Source of the DNA: Candidatus Velthaea sp.
GTDB lineage: Bacteria > Vulcanimicrobiota > Vulcanimicrobiia > Vulcanimicrobiales > Vulcanimicrobiaceae
NCBI GenBank assembly: GCA_050012475.1
Contig: JBEKHC010000061.1
Location: 1 to 31,421, forward strand
Length of the DNA: 31,421 nucleotides
Direction of reading: 5' to 3'
The position numbers and the translations under genes were made by a program. Numbering within the stretch: the first letter of the stretch is position 1; each line of letters opens with the position of its first letter. Of the stretch, positions 25,998 to 31,421 are shown piece after piece. The notes below the pieces were generated by a model. The model was not told the DNA's origin. It did not search any database and worked only from the letters and a program-made list of their open reading frames with translations.

Positions 25998-27218
25998 CTA
26001 GAAACTCACCGGCGCGTCGTCTTGCGGGTAGTCGTCGGTGCGCGGCGCGAGCGGCGTGAAGCCGGTGAAAGAGAGCGTTCCATCCGGGTCCGTATGCACC
26101 ACCGCGGTCGTACCGGCAGAAAACGCGTTCATTTCATACGGGATACCTTGCGCGGCTAGGAACGACGGTCCGTTCACGATGTGAAAATGCAAATGCGGCT
26201 CGGTTGAAGACCCGGTGTTGCCGACCTGGCCCAGCACCTGACCAGCGCTGACGAACGCGCCGACCTTGATCGCCGGCGGCATCGAATGCGGCTTCATGTG
26301 CGCGTAGAAGGCGTAGTGTCCGTTGCCGATGTCGACGATCACGTGGTTGCCGCCCGCATTGACGAAGTTGAGCGCGTAGGCCGGCTTTTGATGCGGGATG
26401 TTGTCGAGCAATTCGTCGTAGACTTCGATGACGCGCCCGGGCGCGACGTTGTAGATGGATTCGCCGTAGCAGAAATAACTGGAATTCTGGCTGGCCGGTC
26501 CGGCAAACGTTTCGCCCCGACCGTTGACGATCTTATACTTGAGGTAATCGATGGCGTAGCGCTGGGCCAGAAATGCTTGGCCGAAATTCGAGAGAACGGT
26601 GCGCCGGTGCGCTGCGTCGATGGTTCCGTCGACGTCGTCGAAAGGGGCTCCGTTGTGAGACGCATCGCCTGCCAGCCAATTGGAGCCGCGCAGCGGCGGC
26701 GCTACGATCGGAGGCAAGGCCGGATTCACCGCGATCGCGGGAACTTGCAGCGTGTGAAGGCTGCCGTCAGCGGACAGCACGTGCAGCACATGCACAATCT
26801 GGCTCGGGATCTGAGCCGGCGCGCTGAAGGCCAAGGTGAAGTACACGACGAGCGTTTGGCCGGGCTCGACGATCGTATTCGTGCCGACGAACACCGGCTG
26901 GCCAACGGGTTTGAGCAGATTTCTCAACGCTGTGCCGCTGTATGAAAAGACATTCGAACCCGCGATCGCGTCGATCGATTCGAGCGTCGACGCGTTCGGC
27001 GCGTAATTCGTCAGCCGCATCTCGTAGACGAGGTTGTAGCTGTCGTGCTGGATGAGGATGCTGGGTGAGAAGATGTAGTCGGCCGTCAATTGCGGTGGCG
27101 TCGGATCAACCGCCCAGGCTCCCGCCGGAGCGGCGACGAGCAGGAAGCCTGCCAGCAAAGCGATGGCGCTGCGCGGCCGCAGCAACGTGAACCCAGGGCT
27201 GCAACGAAAGTAACGCAT
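25998..27218 (-). CDS. Secreted M23 family metallopeptidase
   Basis: Signal peptide ending AWA-V; QRYAID, GNHVIVD, YAHM, GQVGNTGSSTEPHLHFHI; RBS GGAGG before the ATG at 27218. Confidence 0.88.
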   Translation of the reverse strand: MRYFRCSPGFTLLRPRSAIALLAGFLLVAAPAGAWAVDPTPPQLTADYIFSPSILIQHDSYNLVYEMRLTNYAPNASTLESIDAIAGSNVFSYSGTALRNLLKPVGQPVFVGTNTIVEPGQTLVVYFTLAFSAPAQIPSQIVHVLHVLSADGSLHTLQVPAIAVNPALPPIVAPPLRGSNWLAGDASHNGAPFDDVDGTIDAAHRRTVLSNFGQAFLAQRYAIDYLKYKIVNGRGETFAGPASQNSSYFCYGESIYNVAPGRVIEVYDELLDNIPHQKPAYALNFVNAGGNHVIVDIGNGHYAFYAHMKPHSMPPAIKVGAFVSAGQVLGQVGNTGSSTEPHLHFHIVNGPSFLAAQGIPYEMNAFSAGTTAVVHTDPDGTLSFTGFTPLAPRTDDYPQDDAPVSF

Positions 27219-27704
27219 TTTCGAGCCTCCAAGCAGGGAGCGGATGTCGACGCGGGCCGGCGGAGAAACAACAACGCCCAATCCGAATGCAGTCGTCATT
27301 CGGATTGGATACTATTCGTGTGAGGTGTATGTTCTATGCGCGCGGGTTGCTCCTTCGACTACGTTAGCGGCTACGCAGCGCGAGAACTCGGAATCGGTCG
27401 AGCGCTCACCGGTCAGCCGAGGCGATTAGCACACACGGGCCTTTCTGTGCGAGTTATCGTCGGATCGGCTCTGCGCGGTCTTCGTTCGCCCGACGCTCGC
27501 AACATGAAAGCGATTGAGCCACAGCCGCCAGCTACCGTACCTACAAGCTCGCATCTCTTTCACGTGAGAAGCGCTCCCTTTCTCAACAGCCGTTTCCGCC
27601 GCAGGTAACGGACGCGGAAGCTCATCGTGTGCTGAGGGAAATGGGGAAGGATCGAAGTAGTCAATCGGCGCGCGGTCCTGACGTTTCAAGTGCTGGAGGA
27701 GCCG

Positions 27705-28037
27705 ATGTCGTACTTTGTCGTCGTTCGGGAACGGAGTTCGGGCTGGAACTGGTCGGTACCAATGCGCCGTCAGGCGGAATGGGAGGCGCACGCCGCGTTC
27801 ATGGATGCGCTCGTCGCGGAAGGCTTCATGCTTGCCGGCGGTCCGCTCGGTGACGAAGATGCCGCCGCGCGCGTGATGCACGTTGTGAGCGCACCCGATA
27901 GCGACGCGATCGAAACGCGCCTGGCTGAAGATCCGTGGACGCCGATGCACCTGTTGAGGACCGTCAGCATCGAACCGTGGATCGTCCTGCTCGGCGGCTT
28001 TCGCGCAGGCGCCCGATCCAGCGATGCTCTGATTTAG
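27705..28037 (+). CDS. YciI-like protein
   Basis: RBS GGAGGAG; W.AHAAFMDALVAEGF.LAGGPL...LAEDPW motif. Confidence 0.8.
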   Translation: MSYFVVVRERSSGWNWSVPMRRQAEWEAHAAFMDALVAEGFMLAGGPLGDEDAAARVMHVVSAPDSDAIETRLAEDPWTPMHLLRTVSIEPWIVLLGGFRAGARSSDALI

Positions 28038-28120
28038 CCCTGGACGTCGTCGTTACGCGCCTCATTTGCTCGAGCAAACTTCGCCGCTATGCTCCTCGCC
28101 AGGGCGAAATCAGAGCATCC

Positions 28121-28630
28121 TTAGGGCGAAACCGGCTGGACGTGAACTTCGCGCAGGTGGCCGGATTCGACTTCGTAGATGAAGCCGCGGACGCGGTCGC
28201 GATGCGGGAGAAACGGATGCTCGCGCACGCGCACGATCGCGCTGCTCACCGCGGCGTCGATGTCGTTGAATGCGCCGAACCCGTAGGGCGGCAGCTGACC
28301 GGTATCGGCGCTGATGGCGGCGCGCAGCGCCGGCTCATCCGCTCCGTGCAGCCCGCAATTCGTGTGGTGCATCAAGATGATTTCACGCGTTTGGAGCAGC
28401 CGCTGAGAAAGCACGAGCGAGCGCAGCATATCCTGCGTGACGAGGCCGCCCGCGTTGCGCAAGATGTGTGCTTCGCCCGAATCCAGCCCGAAAATCCGAA
28501 AGAGATCGATACGCGAGTCCATGCAGGTCACGATCGCGACGTGTTTCGCGGGGATGACTGCCCGCAAGCCTTCAAAATCGGCTTCACGCGCGATGGCGTT
28601 GCCGACGAGTTCATCGATTGCCCAGTTCAC
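28121..28630 (-). CDS. Beta-class carbonic anhydrase (clade D / Rv1284-like)
   Basis: TCMDSRI, LRNAGGLVT, RSLVLSQRLL.T.EI..MHHTNCG zinc ligands; GTG start at 28630. Confidence 0.9.
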   Translation of the reverse strand: MNWAIDELVGNAIAREADFEGLRAVIPAKHVAIVTCMDSRIDLFRIFGLDSGEAHILRNAGGLVTQDMLRSLVLSQRLLQTREIILMHHTNCGLHGADEPALRAAISADTGQLPPYGFGAFNDIDAAVSSAIVRVREHPFLPHRDRVRGFIYEVESGHLREVHVQPVSP

Positions 28631-28747
28631 GATGCGCTTCGTTGGCGAACGGGCCGACGCAGCCCTCGGGGCTGGACGCGCCGAGCGCGCTTGCTCGGTG
28701 GTCGGTGGTGCCGAATCCTTTGTTTCGCGGGGCGGGTTGAAGCGAAC

Positions 28748-29662
28748 ATGTCCGTCTCCACGATCGAATCCACCGCCGCGCGTACGGCGCGCACGATTGA
28801 TACCATCTACACGCCGCCGCCCGTTCATTGGGTCGGCGACGGTTTTCGCGTGTTGGGCTACTTCGGGCGGCACGCCGAACTCGTGCGCAAGCTCAGCCCG
28901 TTCGTGCTGCTCGATTATCACGAACCGTTCGTGTATCCGCCGACGACGAATTTGCGGCGCGGCGTGGGCCCGCATCCTCATCGCGGGTTCGAGACGGTGA
29001 CGGTCGCTTTTGAAGGCAGTGTCGCGCATCATGACAGCACGGGTGCGGGCGGAGCCATCGGGCCGGGTGACGTTCAGTGGATGACGGCCGGCGCGGGAAT
29101 TCTCCACCGCGAGTATCACGAGGAGCGTTTCGCGCGCTCCGGCGGGCGACTGCACCTTGCGCAGATTTGGGTGAATCTGCCCGCTGCCGACAAGATGACC
29201 GAGCCGGGTTACCAGCTCTTAGAGCGGGACGCGATTGGTGTCGCTGCGTTGCCCGGCGACGGCGGTATGGTGCGGGTGATTGCCGGCGAGTACGCCGGCG
29301 TCAAGGGTGCGGCGCGAACCTTCACGCCGATCGACATGTACGACGCGCGGCTCAACGCGAACGGTCGATTGGAACTCGATTTTCCTGCGCATCATAATAC
29401 CGCGGTGCTGGTGATGAAGGGCGAGATCGCCGTCAACGGCGAGCGAAACGCGGCAGCGAACGATTTCGTCCTGTTCGGCCATCACGGCGAGCATATCGTC
29501 CTTGAAGCGACGAGCGGCGACGTCCACCTCATGGTGCTCAGCGGCGAACCAATCGACGAACCGGTCGCGCAATACGGTCCGTTCGTGATGAATACCGAAG
29601 GGGAGCTGCGCCAAGCCGTCAACGACTACAATCGCGGTTTGTTCGGGAACCTGAGCGATTAG
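28748..29662 (+). CDS. Pirin family protein
   Basis: HWVGDGF.V, HPHRGFETVT, WMTAGAGILHRE, QIWVNLP, GPFVMNT. Confidence 0.94.
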   Translation: MSVSTIESTAARTARTIDTIYTPPPVHWVGDGFRVLGYFGRHAELVRKLSPFVLLDYHEPFVYPPTTNLRRGVGPHPHRGFETVTVAFEGSVAHHDSTGAGGAIGPGDVQWMTAGAGILHREYHEERFARSGGRLHLAQIWVNLPAADKMTEPGYQLLERDAIGVAALPGDGGMVRVIAGEYAGVKGAARTFTPIDMYDARLNANGRLELDFPAHHNTAVLVMKGEIAVNGERNAAANDFVLFGHHGEHIVLEATSGDVHLMVLSGEPIDEPVAQYGPFVMNTEGELRQAVNDYNRGLFGNLSD

Positions 29663-29663
29663 C

Positions 29664-30233
29664 GTGGATCGTCGTCCGGCGAGCGGCATCGAATCGTCGG
29701 ACGACCTGCGCCGGGCGTTGGCTGCGCGCGCCGGGCAAGGGCGGGCGGGTACGCTTTGCGCGCAGCCCGGCGAACCGTTCGCGGCGACCGTTGCCGCGTT
29801 CGATGAAGCCGACGCGGCCTATCGCACGGCGATCGGCGCGATGCTGCCCTCCGGCAAGGCGCGTGCGGTGCTGACGGCCCTGGCGGAATTCCGCCAGCAG
29901 GTCGCCCAGATTCGTGCGCGGGTTCGGAGCACGGTCGGCTGCGGCGATTTCGATCCGCTCGACACCTACGCTCCGCAGCTGCCGGGTTCACACGGCGATA
30001 GCGTCCGACGTTCGAGCGCCACCGATGCTGCGCGCAGCGAAGCGGCGGCGTTGCGCGCCCGCGTCAACGAAGAGATCGCCGCACATCTCGACCGGGATGA
30101 AATCGAACGGCTGATCGAAGCGAAGCGGACGCGCAACGCGGCCTTCGACCGGAGCCTGCGGGCGGCGCTAACCGACGCCGCCGGCGATAAACTAGCCACG
30201 CAACTGCTGCTGCTCGTCGACGGTTGGTACTGA
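29664..30233 (+). CDS. Hypothetical protein
   Basis: 189-aa helical ORF directly after pirin; no family recognised; start uncertain. Confidence 0.5.
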   Translation: MDRRPASGIESSDDLRRALAARAGQGRAGTLCAQPGEPFAATVAAFDEADAAYRTAIGAMLPSGKARAVLTALAEFRQQVAQIRARVRSTVGCGDFDPLDTYAPQLPGSHGDSVRRSSATDAARSEAAALRARVNEEIAAHLDRDEIERLIEAKRTRNAAFDRSLRAALTDAAGDKLATQLLLLVDGWY

Positions 30234-30442
30234 ACCGCCGCGGAGAAACGGTATCGCGGGGAGGGTAGCGGGCAGCGCAAGGTTCGAGCCGCCAAGCGCT
30301 GTACTGCTGAGGCATTCCTTCGGCTCGTTCCACGTTGCAGGCGGATACGAGCGGGCGGCTAAGGAGCAGTTCCGGTTACCAACATTCTTCTTAACGTTCA
30401 TCGGCCCGCAGAGTCGGACCATCTATTTTTGGGAGAACGATC

Positions 30443-31027
30443 GTGGCGGAGCTTGTGATCATCGCGTTCGATAACGAGAGCGCGGCGGAAAAATTAATGG
30501 CGGAAGTCGCGACCCTTGAAAGCCAATATGTCGTGCAGCTTCAGGACGCTGCGGTCATCACGCGTTCGACCGACGGGCGATACAACGTGAAGCCGGCGGT
30601 CAACGTCGTCGGTGCGGGTTTGCTGGGAGGAACGTTCTGGGGACTGCTCGTGGGCTTTCTCTTTCTGATGCCGTTCGTCGGTGCCGCGATCGGAGCCGCC
30701 GGCGGCGCGCTTTCGGGAAAACTCGCCGAACTCGGCATCGATCAGCGCTTCATCGAGATCCTGGCCGACAAGTTGCCGCCGGGCAAGTCGGCAGCGGTCC
30801 TCATCGTCGAGAAAGCAACGCCGGACAAAGTCCTCGACGCGATCCGCGGCTACGGCGGAACGATCGTGCAGTCGTCGCTGACCGCTGAGGCGCAGGCGCG
30901 GTTGCAGGCTGCGCTGAGCAGTGCGCCCGCGCCGGAAGCCGCCCCGGCATCGGCAAGGCCTCCCGCCGCCTCGGCCGTGACGTATGATTCGGCGCCGATC
31001 TCCGACACCGCGCCGGCAAAAACGTAG
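30443..31027 (+). CDS. DUF1269-like membrane protein
   Basis: RBS GGAG; LVIIAFD, glycine zipper G.LGG.FWGLLVG.LF..P..GAAIGAAGGAL.G, GID..FI, TPDKV. Confidence 0.85.
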   Translation: MAELVIIAFDNESAAEKLMAEVATLESQYVVQLQDAAVITRSTDGRYNVKPAVNVVGAGLLGGTFWGLLVGFLFLMPFVGAAIGAAGGALSGKLAELGIDQRFIEILADKLPPGKSAAVLIVEKATPDKVLDAIRGYGGTIVQSSLTAEAQARLQAALSSAPAPEAAPASARPPAASAVTYDSAPISDTAPAKT

Positions 31028-31033
31028 CGCACG

Positions 31034-31414
31034 ATGTGGCGGTCGCTACGGTCGCGGGCCGGACTCGCGCTGGGCATCGTGCTGCTGGCCTTCGCGGCGG
31101 CAGGATGCGGCGGCTCGAGCTCGCCGGCCACGCCGACCAATCCGTCGTCGACGGCCGTTACGGTCTCGAACGCCGCGGGCTTACCGCTCAACGGGATCAC
31201 CGTAACGCTTTCGACCGGCCTCAACGGACAAACGCCCACCGGCGTCATCGCGACGGTCACCACCGGCACCAACGGTCAGGTGACGTTTTCGCTCCCGTCG
31301 ACGGGGTTGTTGTGCGTGAGCGCGACCGTGACGTTGGGTGGTTCGACCACGTTCAGCGGCAGCTGTCATTCGCCGCCGTTCCCGTCGACGACCACGATCA
31401 CGCTCAACGTGTAG
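31034..31414 (+). CDS. Putative lipoprotein with a small beta-sandwich domain
   Basis: Lipobox AAGC followed by a GGSSS linker and a Thr/Ser-rich beta domain with two Cys. Confidence 0.7.
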   Translation: MWRSLRSRAGLALGIVLLAFAAAGCGGSSSPATPTNPSSTAVTVSNAAGLPLNGITVTLSTGLNGQTPTGVIATVTTGTNGQVTFSLPSTGLLCVSATVTLGGSTTFSGSCHSPPFPSTTTITLNV

Positions 31415-31421
31415 CTTCCCT

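Noticed and set aside
27300..27700. 400-nt gap between the M23 peptidase and YciI-like genes as a gene or ncRNA
   Set aside because: Only motif-less ORFs and one small hairpin; nothing supportable by eye.
27935..28747. N-terminal extension of pirin in the ORF track (also the extensions of mcp, nifJ, beta-CA and PhnD-like)
   Set aside because: Extensions overlap real genes or regulatory elements; family homology and RBS or stop-start overlaps point to the shorter starts.
1..31421. CRISPR array or defence/mobile island
   Set aside because: No regularly spaced repeats, cas genes or mobile-element genes seen; the only defence-like module is VapBC.

Overview
GC-rich bacterial chromosomal window with about 30 protein-coding genes and one tRNA; no integrase, transposase or CRISPR array was seen, and the host cannot be named from this window. 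In order: D-2-hydroxyacid dehydrogenase plus sugar ABC transporter, a leaderless VapBC toxin-antitoxin pair, a putative sulfur-starvation island (~4810-10440), CheW plus a soluble Aer2-like chemoreceptor lacking a PAS domain, SDR, J-domain membrane protein, PPK2-CBS, aldo/keto reductase, PNPOx-like protein, GltD-like Fe-S flavoprotein plus pyruvate:ferredoxin oxidoreductase, MOSC protein, M23 peptidase, YciI-like protein, beta-carbonic anhydrase, pirin, DUF1269-like protein and a lipoprotein. The main discovery is two leaderless Cys-rich micro-ORFs missing from the ORF track: MSHRAFACRCCHCLALTRSRSS (4849-4917, +) and MFAPSCRCCRCTGPLRKSVDFDT (9739-9668, -). Each follows an identically spaced sigma70-type promoter and precedes a terminator hairpin with the same 3' arm (GACGAGGGGCGTT). 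They look like cysteine-sensing ribosome-mediated attenuators. One sits in front of a tRNA-Cys gene and a SulP transporter, so the tRNA gene appears to be controlled by decoding of its own codons. The other sits in front of an uncharacterised PhnD-fold protein plus di-iron desaturase-like enzyme pair.
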